Positions 1 to 13,359 of a DNA stretch of 64,000 bases are shown one piece after another; the first letter of the stretch is position 1, and the number at the start of each line of letters is the position of its first letter. The position numbers and the translations under genes were made by a program. The stretch lies in assembly GCA_035221665.1 (NCBI GenBank), contig CM069155.1:34906001-34970000 (forward strand). Direction: 5' to 3'. Source of the DNA: Okamejei kenojei. Taxonomy: Eukaryota. The notes beneath the pieces are model-generated. The model had not been told where the DNA came from. It was given only the letters and a program-made list of their open reading frames with translations, and did not search any database.

Positions 1-86
1 AACAATATGGTGTGTATAACGTCTTTCATGTAGTTTGTTTTTTTAAGTATAGGTATTGCTATTCTTGTTTTGTTTTTCCCCTGCAG

Positions 87-294
87 TTCATCAACAAACT
101 GATGGAAGTAGTACCTATGTCAGTATCATCAGAGAGTGACCTTGCATTACCAGGTGACATCAAAGCTATGCAGAGGCACATGTTTGTCATCCAGTTTGCC
201 AGATTGTTAGGTCTTCATGAGGCCTTGGACCAGGAACAGAAACTCAGTCTTGTCGAGGAGCTGATGCAGAGATACAAACATGCCCTGGAGTTTG
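87..294 (+). CDS. NAA25: NAA25 internal coding exon (first in window; gene begins upstream)
   Basis: ctgcag|TTC ... TTTG|gtgagc. Encodes FINKLMEVVP...LALPGDIKAMQRH...LMQRYKHALEFG, matching recalled vertebrate NAA25 (FINQLLGVVP...LMLRYQHGLEFG). Confidence 0.93.
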
Positions 295-1207
295 GTGAGC
301 CCACTTTTTAAATTCAGTTTATGTTTGGTCAGCATATTCTATTGCCTGAAGTTATCTCCAATATGCATATTTGAAAGATTATATTTACACATTTTTTAAA
401 TTGGAAGTCTGTATTTGATGTCAAATTAGAATCGCTGCTAAAATTTAACTCTCTAAAACTTTGCATTATATAACACTGGAATATTCTGATGTTTAAGTTT
501 TTTTGTTCATGTGATTTCTTGAACTAATGCGAACTGTTGAGAACTATATTGTGCACTCTGTACCTTCTCTTTGATTTGTTCTGTGATTTGTACATGAGTT
601 AATTGTATTTATGTATAAGTGATCTGTTGGGATAGCAGGTGATACAGGTTTTTACTGTACCTCAGCGCAGGTGACAATATAAACAAACAAATAAATAAAC
701 AAGGTGAAGTACTGCATTAGGTTGGATGCAGTTTGAAGTGTCAGTTCAGAGTTCAAAGTACTACAGTAACTGAGTGTGTCAGGCATCATCTTTGGAGAAC
801 ATGAAGAGGGGACGTTTTGGGTTGGGACCCTTCTTCAGACTGAAGTGCCAGTTGTCCAGTTTTAGTGGTTGAAAAGCTATTTCATCAGGTATGACCGGTT
901 GAATGGACTAGTACATTCAGTGAACCTGTTGACTGTGCAACGGCACTACTCAAAACACAGATCAAAATACAATTTTTACGAAACTAACGGGAGAGCTGTG
1001 TAACTTGTACAGCAACTTAATGACCAATGCCATTGGTCTTATGTTACCTCGACAGAAAATTTTAAGCATTTTGTTAATCGGCATTGAGCCAACAATTGTG
1101 GTAATTCCTGGTTGCGCCAGTCTCACTATTAACTACGCTGCCTTGCAACAAACTACCTTCAAATCCCCACGTATGGAAAAGCCAAAAAGCTACAGATTTG
1201 GAAAATA

Positions 1208-1209
<2 letters not shown>

Positions 1210-1240
<31 letters not shown>

Positions 1241-2188
1241 TACCAAAACGGTACACGATAGCACTACAATTTTTGGCCCACCTTACTATTGTCCTGCGAT
1301 GTCAATGAAACACATTTTGTTCAGATTGATGGTATATTTTACAAGTTATTGACATTTAAAAGTTAAATTTAATTAAAACAGTGCCCCCACTTGGCAGCCG
1401 TGCCTGCGCAGTTGGGGGAGCCCCGTTAGCCCCTTGCGTGTGCAGTGGGCCCGGTATTCGAGCTGCGGTGGGTCCGGGGACGGGGAGAGGCCGTGCCGAG
1501 GACCTGGGGCTGGGTCTGAGGGCGGCGGCGCTGCAGCTCCGGGCCCGCGGGGAAGGAGAGGAGCGAGACCCAGGGCAAGGTCTAGGGTCGGTGATGGTTT
1601 GCATCGAGATTCTGGGGAGGTGAGGAGGGAGAGTGGGGGGGATTGAGGGAGAAGGAGGGGATAGGGAGGGAGAGGGAGGGCAACGTGGGGGAGGTGAGGA
1701 GGGAATGTGGGGGAGGAGGGGGGTGGGATGGGGGGGAGGTGAGGAGTGGGGTTGGAGGGAAATGAGGGGGATAGGGAGGAGAGAATGGTTATGGGGGGAG
1801 GGAGTGACTGAGGGTAGGGTAAATGCGAGGGAGAGGGGAGGGGAGGAGGAGAGGGAAAAGAAGAGAGAGGGTAAAGAGAATGGGGAGGGAGTGCTTGGGG
1901 ATGAGGGGCAATGGAGAAGGAAACGGGTAGGACGAGGGATGGCGAGGTAATGTGGAGGGGTGAAGGGAGGAAGCAGAGGAGGGTTGGTGGAGGCTGGGGA
2001 GAGGGAGGATAATGGAGGCGGGGAATAGGGGATTGAAGAGGGAGTGTGAGATGCATTCACATTGATCTTATTTATTGCCATTTTAAACTTTAAAAACGTC
2101 AGCTGCGCCTGCTCAATTGGGGGCTATGGATGAGTGGTAGAATATTGCGTTGGGGGAACGTGGCCCAACGGGTCCCACTTGGCCTAGT
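1210..2188 (-). mobile_element. Possible Helitron/Helentron-type non-autonomous element with a purine-rich low-complexity core
   Basis: On - it begins ACTAGGCCAAGTGGGACCCGTTGGGCC, has internal repeats of GTGCCTGCGCAGTTGGGGG-like units and ends in (TG)n(TA)n. Class inferred from architecture only. Confidence 0.35.
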
Positions 2189-2395
2189 ATCCTTCTAAAC
2201 CTCTCCTATCGATGTACTTGTCCAAGTGTCTTTTAGTAATGCCTGCCTCAACTACCACCTCCAGTAATTTCAACGCAGAGAGAAACCGGAGCTAACATTT
2301 CAGTTTGATTTGACCTGCTGCGTATTTCTGGCATTCTCTCGTATCAATGGGGTTTATTTAGTTTTTTATATTTTACGGCCTGTTCTGTTTAATAG

Positions 2396-2485
2396 GAAAG
2401 TCGTGCTTAAAAACGGAATTGCAGTTCTCTGATAATTATTGTCTCTTCGCTGTGCACCTTCTTCTTGACATCTGGAGACAATCAG
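2396..2485 (+). CDS. NAA25: NAA25 coding exon
   Basis: aatag|GAAAG ... ATCAG|gtcagt. (G)KSCLKTELQFSDNYCLFAVHLLLDIWRQS(G); phase 1-1, in frame with neighbours; absent from the ORF track. Confidence 0.93.
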
Positions 2486-2579
2486 GTCAGTGATTTTCTT
2501 CTCAGTTCAACCTGTAGCCTTGTCAGCTGAAAATGCTATTATATTCTGTGGTGAAAAAAATCAGCTCAAAGGTTATTTT

Positions 2580-2900
2580 ATTGGTCACATACACCAATTG
2601 GTGTAGTGAAATGCTTCTTGCCAATGCAGCACATAAATAAAAAAGAATACAGACATAACAATAATAAAGAGATTTTAAACATATAAAACATCCCCCCACA
2701 ATGATTCCCATTATGAGGGAAGGCACAATGTCCATTCCCCATCCCATGTCCACCCATAGTCGGGCCTATTGAGGCTTCAGCCGTCGCCTCCACAGAGGCC
2801 CGATGTTCCAGGCCGTTCTCGCCGGGTGATGGCGCTCCGGCATCGGGGGGAATCCTCTCAGCGGCTTGGGACACCTGGAACGGCCGCTTCCTTACCGGAG
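2580..2900. repeat. Unclassified dispersed repeat (second copy at about 22480-22715)
   Basis: Both copies share GTCAC.TACACCAATTGGTGTAGTGAAAT ... CACCCATAGTCGGGCCTATTGAGG ... GCCCGATGTTCCAGGCCGTT. Confidence 0.7.
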
Positions 2901-3912
2901 TCCGGACTGTATTTCAGACTTGTTTAATAGTGCCACCTATTAGTAATCGTACTGTTTTTCTTAATTATAAGTAAACTCAAATTTAGTATTTTCTAAGCTC
3001 TCTTGAAAAGGTAACATTAACACAGTTGTAGATTTTATCGTGAGGTTGTGGGATTATGCTGCAGATTTCAACAATGGTGCATTTAACTTGTTTATCAACA
3101 CCGAGGGCCATAGAAAATTCCCAAGTTCATCATCCTCATTGACTTCTTAATTTCTATTATACTTGTGTGGGAGGAACACAAATTTAGGCCTGCAGCCTTA
3201 TCACGTATTCCATAACCCTGAGTTGGAAAAGAAGGAATTTTAATTTGAGTGATGTAAAGAAATGTAGCAGGTGCATTTATATTTTTCTCTTTACCTTTTC
3301 CCAGACAGATCAGCTCTGATTTAGCAATCTTTAATTTCCCTCTCAAATGGTGCCAAAAATAGTTGTCAGCTGGAACCCTATCACAGACATTCCCTTTGTT
3401 ATCACTACCCTTTCTCCATTAACGTAAAAGGGATTTCAGAGGTTCAGTTAGTGGACTATTTATTGGTTTCTGACAAAAAAATTGTCCAAACCAAAGCCAT
3501 GGACCTTCATCTATTATGGACGTATATAATTTTGGTCTTTGAACCTCTGAATTTATTTACCCATTAATCCACATGCAATTTTGAGACCTTGATTTATGTA
3601 CGAGTAGCTTTTTATTTCTAAATTTCCAGTCTCTCGGAATTCAAGGCAAATCAGTTAAAGAAACCAACATCTGTTCTCGGCTACAATTAATATTTTGAAG
3701 GGAAGTTGGAGTAGGATTATTTTCTTTTGTTTTGGAGATAACATTGGAAAAGGTTTAAAAAGGCAAGAAGGAGAATGATCTGCAATGGTTTCAGTAATTC
3801 ACCTGATGAAATGGGTACAATGCTTTAGTGGTTGATTGTAACGCATCTGATGTTGACACTGGATCCATGAATAGATTCTGCTTCACCCCCTTGTGTCCTG
3901 ATGTTCCCACAG

Positions 3913-4093
3913 GTGAGGAGGGACCATTGTGGCAGTCTCTGGCCCTACTGGAGGAGACTCTCTCCAACAGCCCCTCTAGTGCTCAGTTCAAGTTGCTGCT
4001 CATTCGAATCTACTGTCTTCTGGGAGCTTTTGAGCCAGTCGTAGACTTGTACACCAGCCTTGATGCCAAGCATGTGCAACATGATACAATTGG
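3913..4093 (+). CDS. NAA25: NAA25 coding exon
   Basis: cccacag|GT ... ATTGG|gtgggt. EEGPLWQSLALLEETLSNSPSSAQFKLLLIRIYCLLGAFEPVVDLYTSLDAKHVQHDTIG. Confidence 0.95.
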
Positions 4094-5221
4094 GTGGGTA
4101 TTTATTTAGATTGATTGTTGGTGGGTAAATGTCAACCCAATAAGAACCTTTGACCAGACTAACCATGAAGAATGCAGCCATTCATTGCAACTAGCTATTA
4201 TGTGCAGTTGCATTTCCAAAGAAAACACAAAGAATAATAATATTTAACTTTAATCGTTTTCAATTTTCCACATAACCAATATTACATAATGCTTGGAATT
4301 TCAGAAATGTTGTCTAAGTCAATGTTATCTGTCCGATGGCATGAATTGCGGTATACATTTGTTTGATAGTGCTTTATTGTCGCATGTGCAAAACACAGTG
4401 AAGTAATTTTCCGAGTCACTGGATTTGGCACCATTTCCAAAGTCCGATCTGCACGCTAGGTCTCTTGGAGTGACACCCGATCCAGGCTAGCCCCTGGATT
4501 GTTCAGCGTACTGGCGTAACTCTTCTCACCCGCCACCTTTGTGCCCCGGGGGCGCCTCCTGCAGCGACCTTGAGGACACAGAAGGCAAGACTTCCTACTG
4601 GCCTTGATCTTCGAGATCATTGTTGCCAGCTGTCTCCTCTTTGGTACTTCGGTCTTCGGGGCAGGTTCCTGGTTCTGGTTCTGAGACGGGAGAGCCAGGC
4701 CATTCTCGACAACCCGAAACTCTTTCTGACAATAGAAAAATTGTGTGGAATAGTGACTGTGTGGAATCTGGCACTTTTAGGATTTTGGTTTTAGGCTAGC
4801 AGGTTTTCGAGGCAATCGGATGTTGTTCTAACGCCCGGTTAGCCAGATGCTGAACCATTGGCATTTCGGAACAGTTGGATCACAGATTATTGGAGAATTT
4901 TACAGTGTACTCAATGGGTACTTCTGAGCTCGGGCATTTAATACATGGAATGTGATTTTAGACAGAGTGGCTAATTTAGATCAATAATGATGAGTGTTTA
5001 TGCTGTGTGGTTAGATTTCCATCAGAGCTTTGGCAAAACAAGAGGCAATAATTAGATCAAGCAGGTTCGAGTCTATACATTAGTTTCAGATGTAAAAATA
5101 ACTATACGCCTTTCAGGTTACCTGAAGGGCAAAAGTTATCTTCTGCGCACATTGCAGATGACATTTGATATTGTAATATTTTTCCTCAGTGTTTGTGATT
5201 GACATTATATTTAACTGGCAG

Positions 5222-5321
5222 GTATTTGCTGACTCGATACGCTGAGCCATTGGGCCACCTTGCTGCTGCTTCCCAAGCGTGTAACTTCACACTCAGGTTT
5301 TTCCACTCCAACCAGAAAGAT
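5222..5321 (+). CDS. NAA25: NAA25 coding exon
   Basis: ggcag|G ... GAT|gtaagt. YLLTRYAEPLGHLAAASQACNFTLRFFHSNQKD. Confidence 0.95.
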
Positions 5322-7147
5322 GTAAGTGTGCCATGAATTGTGAGCATATTGAATAGAAAGAGGACACTGTACACCCTGGCAATTAATAGTTCTCTTGTTC
5401 TTACCCTAATTTTCCTCAATAAGAGCGCATGTAACAATACAGTTTGCAGTAAAGTCAAGGCTATTTGTAAAAACAAAAGACGGAAAGTGTTGGAGTAACT
5501 CGGTGGGTCGAGCAGTTTCTCTGGAGAACATAGCTAGGTGACGAGTCGGGATCCTTTTTCAGACTCTATGCAGCTTATTCATGTTCTCCAGAGATGCTAC
5601 CTGACCTGTTGAGTTATTCGAGCATTTTGTCTTTTTGTGTAAACCAGCATCTGCAGTTCCATGTTTGTACTATTTGGTTGTATGTTGTCTCTGGGAATGA
5701 ATTTAAATTGAATTTAAAATGTTCTCCTCATGCCATGTATCCTTCTGTAAACTCTGATTATTGATCGCTTACGGAAAGGTGCCAGATCAGCCACACGGGT
5801 GCACTACTATAATATATCTGCCCCTGGGTGACCTACTACATTATAAAACAATAATTATGCAACCATTATATTATTCCTTTTTTAACTTCGCTGAATTGCA
5901 TTTAGGTTTTTGGACATACACTTCACTCCCCAAGAGGTGTTGTTGGTTTATGTTGCACACCAAACTGTTCCTGCTATAATTGTCATATTATCCAAACAGT
6001 GCAGCATGAAGTATTTGAGATGCTCTGATAATTTAATGCACCTTGCAAGTTTCAGATGCAGTCATGAAATGTTCTCCGTGTCAGATTCGCTTTCCACAGA
6101 CGATAAGTTCTGCTGAAATTCATGGACTCCAACGCCTTTTGAAACCTTCCCAGTAACTTTATTGTTTATTGTTCTTATATCTTTTATTTGCGATGAGATT
6201 ATTTTGCGAGTACATGATTTATGATAGGACCATAGGATAGGTTGATATGCTGCTTTTATTCGAGCAGAGACGAAGACTCCAAAGATGTTCAGGTTTGTAG
6301 GTTAATTGGCTTTGGTATAAATGTAAAAATTGTCCCTAGTTTAGGATAGCGTTGATTTGTGGGGATTGCTGGCTGGTACAGACTCGGTGGGCCAAAGGGC
6401 CTGTATCTCTAAACTAATCAGAGCATACCAATCTTCCACACTTTTGGGGTTGCCAAAGCTGCATCTTGGTTTGGAGCAGAGGTTTACAGCACCACAACCA
6501 CAACATTGTTGTATCAGCCATTTTTTGCTGCCATGTGGAGAAAACTGAGTTGGTTGAAGGCCAGAACAGGTGAAGAAATGGGCTTCAGTAGAAAGCTGAT
6601 GTAATTATGTGTTTGCATATCTGGCTGAAGTTAGTTGCAAATACCTTTGTACTCTCACATTGGTTTCTGATGATATTGCACATTATCTATTGTGCTGCTG
6701 CTGCACAATTCTCCTGCTGCTGCCACCAACCTCATAAGTGGAGAAACAAGGAACTACAGTTGTTGGTTTACAAACAAAACACAAATTGCTGGAGTAACTA
6801 AGCAGGACAGGCAGCATCTCTGGAGAGAAGAAATGGGTGATGTTTCGGGTCTAGACCCTTCTTCAGAAACGTCACCCATTCCTTCTCTCCAGAGATGCTG
6901 CTGTTCCGTTGAATTACTCCAGCATTTTGTGTCTATCTATGGACAGTTGACATTTTGGGTCAGGATCCAGCTTCAGACACAAGCCTAAAGAAGAATCCTG
7001 ACTTGAAACCACACTCCGGGGATGCGACCTGACCTGCTGAGTTTCTCCAGCACTTTGAACCTCTTGTTTTGAGACAATGATTGTGTTCAAGAACAGTCCT
7101 AGCTAACATGATGTATGTACCGTACAATAGGTATTATCTCCCAAATA

Positions 7148-7540
7148 TAGACACAGAAAGTGGAGTAACTCAGCGGGTCAGGCAGCATCAAGAGAGAAGG
7201 AATGGGTGACGTTTCGGGTCGAGACCCTTCTTCAGACTGGTTAGGAATAAGGGAAATGAGAGATATAGACGGTGATGTGGAGAGATAATGAACAATGAAT
7301 GAAAGATAGGCAAAAAAATAATGATGATAAAGGAAACAGGCCTTTGTTAGCTGTTTGTTGGGTGAAAATGAGAAGCTAGTGTGACTTGGGTGGGGGAGGG
7401 ATAGAGAGAGAGAGAGAGGGAATGCCGGGGCTACCTGAAGTGAGAGAAATCAAGATCATACCACTGGGCTGTAAGCTGAGCAAGCAAAATATGAGATGCT
7501 GTTCCTCCAATTTGCGTTCAGCCTCACTCTGACAATGCCA
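7148..7540 (-). mobile_element. Penelope-like 3' fragment with an intact hammerhead-like core (7208-7235)
   Basis: End of the GIY-YIG ORF near 7435-7535, then a 3' UTR reading CTGAAGAAGGGTCTCGACCCGAAACGTC on -. Confidence 0.75.
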
Positions 7541-7904
7541 GCTCCATTGGGTATTATGTCCCTGCAGATTATGTGATGGTTACTCCTGCTATACTCTAAT
7601 GAAAAATGCATCTTGGAAAATTGAGATTGGAAAGGAAAAGGTGGTTACCTCATGTTGATTCTCTGCATACCAGCCTCCGTCTCTGGTTCTTCATTGGTTG
7701 CTCAGCTCTGTTATTACTGATGCTACTGAGCCATTATGTAATGGATACTGAACTCTTCCCCCGAGAGTATGTTCAGTGCTTGTGTCAATTGTGTTGCGTT
7801 TCCATCATAATGAACTTTGCAAATCCATTCCGTTTTTGGACATAATTCAATAATTCATCAGCCGCAGGAGAAAGATTGCACAATCGGCTGTATGTTTCCT
7901 TGGC

Positions 7905-8205
7905 TTAGATTTAGAGATACAATGTGGAATCAGACCCTTAGGCCCACTGAGCCTCACCGACCAACGACCCCAGCAAACCAATATTATTCTACGCACACCA
8001 GGGACAATTTACAATTTTACCAAGCTAATTAACCTGCAAACCTACAGATCTACATGTCTATGGAGTGTGGGAGGAAACCGGAGCTCCCGGAGAAAACCCA
8101 CGCAGGTCATGGGGAGAACGTACAAACTCCATACAGACAGCACCCACGGTCTGGATGGAACCCGGGTCCCTGGTGCTGTAAGGCAGCAACTCTACCACTG
8201 CGCCA
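7905..8205 (-). mobile_element. V-SINE (HE1-like)
   Basis: Reverse complement of the same consensus. Confidence 0.8.
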
Positions 8206-9231
8206 GTTACAATCTAAAGTTGATATTGATTAATCCTTCAGCCACTGCCTCCTGAGTGTTTTTGCTGTAGCTCCATTGGTGTGTTAATGCCACCCAGATC
8301 AGAAAGTACCCAGGGAAAGTGATGGGGCAGTCAGGAATATTGGCTGTATGATTTTGGGTATGTTTATGTTAGTTGTTGTTTGATTTCTCAATGTGCCAAC
8401 ACTTCTTATTTTGGCACATCTCCCAATATTAGCAAGGGGGACTTTGCAAAGTTCATTGGACTTGGGTCATGGCCTTTGTTATGTCTGGTGTTCATGTTAA
8501 TACGGGGTAACCTATCAATTTTTTGGTGTCGCTTTGGGCCATTTCAGAGGGCGGTTTAGAGTAAATTACATTACTGCAGAATCATACATAGCCCAGACCT
8601 GATTAAGAGAGAAGATTTATTTCTCTACGCAACATTAATGAACAAATTAGATGTTTTGAACCACTATGTCATTATTATTCCAGCCTTTGGTCCTGTATTC
8701 AGGGATTCTAGAATTCATTATGTTGGAGAATAAAATGCTTCATTATCCAGCTTGAGCTGTATATGCTCCTTCTATAGATCGGAAATAGGTTTTGTTCCCT
8801 CAGGCTTCAAGATGTTCTACAATTGAGGTTACTGTTGCTGATGCCAGTAGTATAATTGTGTGAATAATATATCAGAGTTGGTTTGAGTTAGTGAAATAAA
8901 AACAAATGACTAACAGGCCAGACAATCTCTGCAGAGAGCATAAAACGGTTAACGTTTCAGATCCATGATATTTTATTAGACATAGGATTGGGGTTAATTG
9001 TGACTTCACCCCAATAGTTTAAAAGTCTATTATTCTCTTGTGTGAAAAATGGCTTTTTGAATATTTTGGGAACTGGTTTTGGAGTTTCTGCAATTGTGAT
9101 CTCGCAAGAGTTGGTGTTTTCAGGAGGAAAGATGAGGAAATATGTGTAGGAAGGAACTGCAGATGCTGGTTTATACTGAAGATAGATAAAAGGTGCTGGA
9201 GTGACTCAGTGGGTTGGGCAGTATCCTACTG

Positions 9232-9540
9232 GATGTCCAGAACCAGGGGCCACAGTTTAAGACTAAGTGGTAGGACATTCAGAATGGAGATGAGTAAAAA
9301 CTTTTTCACCCAGAGAGTTGTGAATCTGTGGAATTCTCTGCCTCAGAAGGCAGTGGAGGCCAATTCTCTGGATGCTTTCAAGAGAGAGTTAGATAGAGCT
9401 CTTAAAAATACAGAGTCAAGGGATATGGGGAGAAAGCAGGAAAGGGGTACTGATTGTGGATGATCAGCCATGATCACAGTGAATGGCGGTGCTGGCTCGA
9501 AGGGCCTAATGGCCTGCTCCTGCACCTATTGTCTATTGGA
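9232..9540 (+). mobile_element. CR1/HER1 LINE 3' end
   Basis: SRTRGHSL...FFTQRVVNLWNSLPQKAVEA, plus tail GGCTCGAAGGGCC...CTCCTGCACCTATTGTCTATTG. Confidence 0.85.
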
Positions 9541-9652
9541 TGCTCGCCATTAAATAGCTTCACAAGAGATTTGTGAAATAGCTTGCTTGCAGGGGTGTTG
9601 CTTGCAGTAAGAACAGTTTTATTTGACAATGCTGGTTCACTTCATTTTACAG

Positions 9653-9804
9653 ACCTCTGAATACATAATCCAGGCGTATAAATATGGTGCTTTCGAGAAG
9701 ATCCCAGAATTCATTGCCTTTCGGAACAGGCTGAATAACTCTCTGCATTTTGCACAAGTCCGTATTGAACGTATGCTGTTAGACCTCTTCCTCGAAGCAA
9801 ACGT
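9653..9804 (+). CDS. NAA25: NAA25 coding exon
   Basis: ttttacag|ACC ... AACGT|gtacgt. TSEYIIQAYKYGAFEKIPEFIAFRNRLNNSLHFAQVRIERMLLDLFLEAN. Confidence 0.95.
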
Positions 9805-11121
9805 GTACGTATTGCTATACTTTACATCACTTTACCAGGGGAGCAGAGCTTATTGCTAATTGGGTCACTTGCTTAACGATAACTGCTTGACAGTGCTTGA
9901 ATCTATGTCAAATAGTTAAAGATTATATATGAATCAAAAAATCTGCTGATGCTGGAAATGTGAAAACAAAACTGAAAATGTTGGAAATGCTCAACTGATC
10001 AGGCAACATTGCTTGAAAGGTTATGTCCTCATTCCCATGTTCACAGAAGTGTGTTCAATTTTACATTTACATGTAAAATTTCCTATTGTATGAAAACCTT
10101 TAGTAACATTTCCTAGGCAATATGTTTTGATTTGACTGCTTACTGAAGTATTAAGTTAGAGTTTCTTGACATGAGAACAATATTGTCGCAGGTACAGCAA
10201 TTTGTTTCGAAAATTTTTCATTTGGATCGACAATGAATCATTTTGGCAAAAGAATTTAAAACAAACTATTAATTAAAAATTCCTTCTTCCTTTTTGTTCT
10301 GGTCAGAAATGCACAAGGAATCTGTTTCTTCAACTCTGCAGAATATTAGAAATTCTTGGCAAAGAAAGCCATTTGCCCATTATTACTGTGACAGGCAGAA
10401 GTGCTATTTAGACGGTTGGAAGAAATCCCAGATCCTCAATGCACAAGAGACTGCAGATGCTGAACTTTTGCACACAAAAGAAAACTGGAGGTGGAATTCC
10501 GTGTACCAGGGAAAATAAAAATGAAAATTTCACTCGAAACATCATCAGTCCATTTTCCTTCACTGATACTACCTGGTCTGCTGAGTTCCTCCAGCATTTT
10601 GTTAAATTTGCCCAGATCTTGGACCATTGATCTGAAGATTACTCATGTTATTCAAATATTTTGTTTATAGAAATGAAAGCTTACCATTTCTGTAATGAGT
10701 TCCAGACCTACCTTTTTGTGAATAGAAAGGTTTTCTGTAACTTTCCTCTAACCTTTTCTCAATCTACCTTGAATTAATGTCCCCTGCTTTAAGGGGACGT
10801 TAATATCCTTCTACTCGCCTTGTCCAAGCCTCTAATACCGCAATAAATAGCGATGTGAATGAGGTCTACAATTAAGTTTGTTGTCTACTGTTACGAAGGT
10901 GGAGGTTTTTGTTCCATTTTCAGTTTTAAATGTCTCTCTACGTGTTGTTCTGTGTCGCAGTGAAGTAACTGGGGGAAAAAAAAAAAATTGGTACAGGCAT
11001 ATTGCTGCAGCTTTGTGCCTTCAGCCATGCACAATTATGACAATGTGGAAAAATTCCCTTTGTTAAAATCACACTTGTGTCAACATGTATATTTAATACC
11101 CTTTCTCTTTGTCGTTTGTAG

Positions 11122-11247
11122 AACGCAAAGCCTAGAAGAGAGTATAAAATCCATGGGTTTATGTCCAGACGAAGATGATATACCATGGGACAATCTCCGA
11201 GATAACCGGGATCTAACTGTTCTCTTTTGCTGGGATCCAAAGGGCAG
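11122..11247 (+). CDS. NAA25: NAA25 coding exon
   Basis: tttgtag|A ... GGCAG|gtatat. TQSLEESIKSMGLCPDEDDIPWDNLRDNRDLTVLFCWDPKG. Confidence 0.93.
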
Positions 11248-11324
11248 GTATATGAAGTTCATGAAGATTTCTCTTTTTTATATCTCCTCCTTATTCTCCC
11301 TCTCTCTCTCTCTCGGGGGAAGTT

Positions 11325-11705
11325 GGATTGTTTTCTCTATAACACTGGAGGTTGAGGGGTGACCTGATGGAAGTGTATAAAATTATGAGAGGCATAGACA
11401 GGGGAGACAATCAGAACCTTTTTGGAAATGTTAAAGGCTGGAAGGTGAAATGGGCAAAGTTTAAAGGGGATGTGCGGGTCACGTTTTTTTTTTTTTTTCA
11501 GAGTGGTGGATGCTGGGAATGTGCTGCCGGGGGCGGTGGTGGAGGCAGATACGATATTGGCATTTAAGAGATTTAAGTGGATATGCAGGAAATGGATGGG
11601 TGTGCATCATATACAGGCAGATGAGATTAGTTTAGCTTGGTATGTTGGGCACAGACATATTGGGCTGAAGGAGCTGTTTCTGTACTCTACTTTTCTATGT
11701 TCTAT
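11325..11705 (+). mobile_element. CR1 LINE 3' fragment
   Basis: RGDLMEVYKIMRGIDR remnant and CR1 tail. Confidence 0.75.
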
Positions 11706-12137
11706 TTCCTGTGAATGATTTGGTGCCTTAGTTGTACTCTTTAACCTTCTTTCACCTGCCTCTGCTGACCTCTGGATGCTTATCGGGGTGCATCTAAATT
11801 TTATGTCATCATTTTATGCATTACAGCGCTTTTAGATGGAGCTGTTCTACTCATGCTGGTGATGAGCATCCTTTCTTAATAAATTTGCATAATTACATTG
11901 CTGGTCTTGTTGAGTGTGATCCAAAATTGCACATTAATCATTGTGGGATGTAACTAATCTAAAATACTGCAGGCACTGGAATTCTGAAATAAACTAGAAG
12001 GCAGGACAAACAATACACAGCAGGTCAAGTCAGCATTTGTGGCAAAAGTAAGAGTTAATTGCTCTTAATTAAGTTAATTAATGATCTAATTGATTAATGA
12101 TCTAATGAACGCTGTTAATTAATGATCTAATGATCTA

Positions 12138-12945
12138 ATGAACGCTGTTAAGTGTGAAGTGCTACATCTTGGCAGGACAAATCAAAATAGGACGTACATG
12201 GTAAATGGTAGGGAATTGAGGAATGCTGTGGAACAGAGGGATCTAGGAATAACTGTGCTTAGTTCCCTGAAGGTGGAATCGCATGTAGATAGGGTGGTAA
12301 AGAAAGCCTTTGGTGTGCTGGCCTTTATAAATCAGAGCATTGAATATAGGAGTAGGGAAGTAATGTTAAAATTGTACAAGGCATTGGTAAGACCAATTCT
12401 GGAGTATGGTGTACAATTTTGGTCGCCTAGTTATAGGAAGGATGTCAACAAAACAGAGAGAGTACAGAGGAGATTTACTAGAATGTTGCCAGGGTTCCAG
12501 CAACTATGTTACAGAGAAAGGTTGAACAAGTTAGGTCTTTATTCTTTGGAGCGCAGAAGGTTAAGGGGGGTCTTGATTGAGGTCTTTAAAATGATGAAAG
12601 GGATAGACAGAGTTGACGTGGATAAGTTTTTCCCATTGAGGGTAGGGAAGATTCAAACAAGAGGGCATGACATGAGAATTAAGGGACAGAAGTTTAGGGG
12701 TAACGTGAGGGGGAACTTCTTTACTCAGAGGGTGGTGGCTGTGTGGAATGAGCTTCCAGCAGAAGTGGTGGAGGCAGGATCTATTTTAACATTTAAGAGT
12801 AAAGTGGATAGGTATATGGACGTGAAGGGAATGGAGGGGTGTGGTCTGAGTGCAGGTAGATGGGTCTAGGGGAAAACAAATGGTCGGCACGGACTGGAAG
12901 GGCCGAGAGGGCCTGTTTCCGTGCTGTAATTGTTATATGGTTTAT
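12138..12945 (+). mobile_element. CR1/HER1-type LINE 3' fragment with an open RT C-terminal ORF (243 aa)
   Basis: KCEVLHLG...ERDLG...LYKALVRPILEY...WSP...ERVQRRFTRM...LERRRLRG...FFTQRVV.WN.LP, plus a CR1 3' tail. Confidence 0.9.
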
Positions 12946-13359
12946 ATGGATATCTTTCAAGATCTCAATTAATAGCAATGTAAGATTATTGACATGGAAA
13001 GACATAAATTGCTCTTCGGGTTTGGCAAGACTGCAACTTGGATAATGAGGAAAATGTAATTGTGCATTCTGATATTTAATAGAGTCAGGTGTGTTTAATT
13101 GTTAGTGCAGGAAGGAACTGCAGATGCTGGTTTAAACCGAAGATGGGCACAAAGTCGCAGTAACACAGCATCTCTGGATAGAAGGAATGCGATGCGTTTC
13201 GTGTCCAGACACTTCTTCAGATTGTCTATCTGTTTAATTGTTAAATGTGCTGATAACAAAACGATGAAATTCTTACTTTTGCAAATAATTGAGTGAAAAC
13301 GATGTCACGTGTCCTTCCAAATCAAGTTTTAATGTCACTTTTCTCCCCAATTACGAAAG

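Noticed and set aside
1356-2081. Long Pro/Ser-rich or Gly/Glu-rich ORFs (also 62232-62802)
   Set aside because: These arise from purine/pyrimidine low-complexity DNA that is open in several frames. Only 62523-62586 is a real exon.
11248-13359. U12-type intron in NAA25
   Set aside because: The donor GTATATGA does not match the U12 consensus RTATCCTT, and all NAA25 introns here look like U2 GT-AG.
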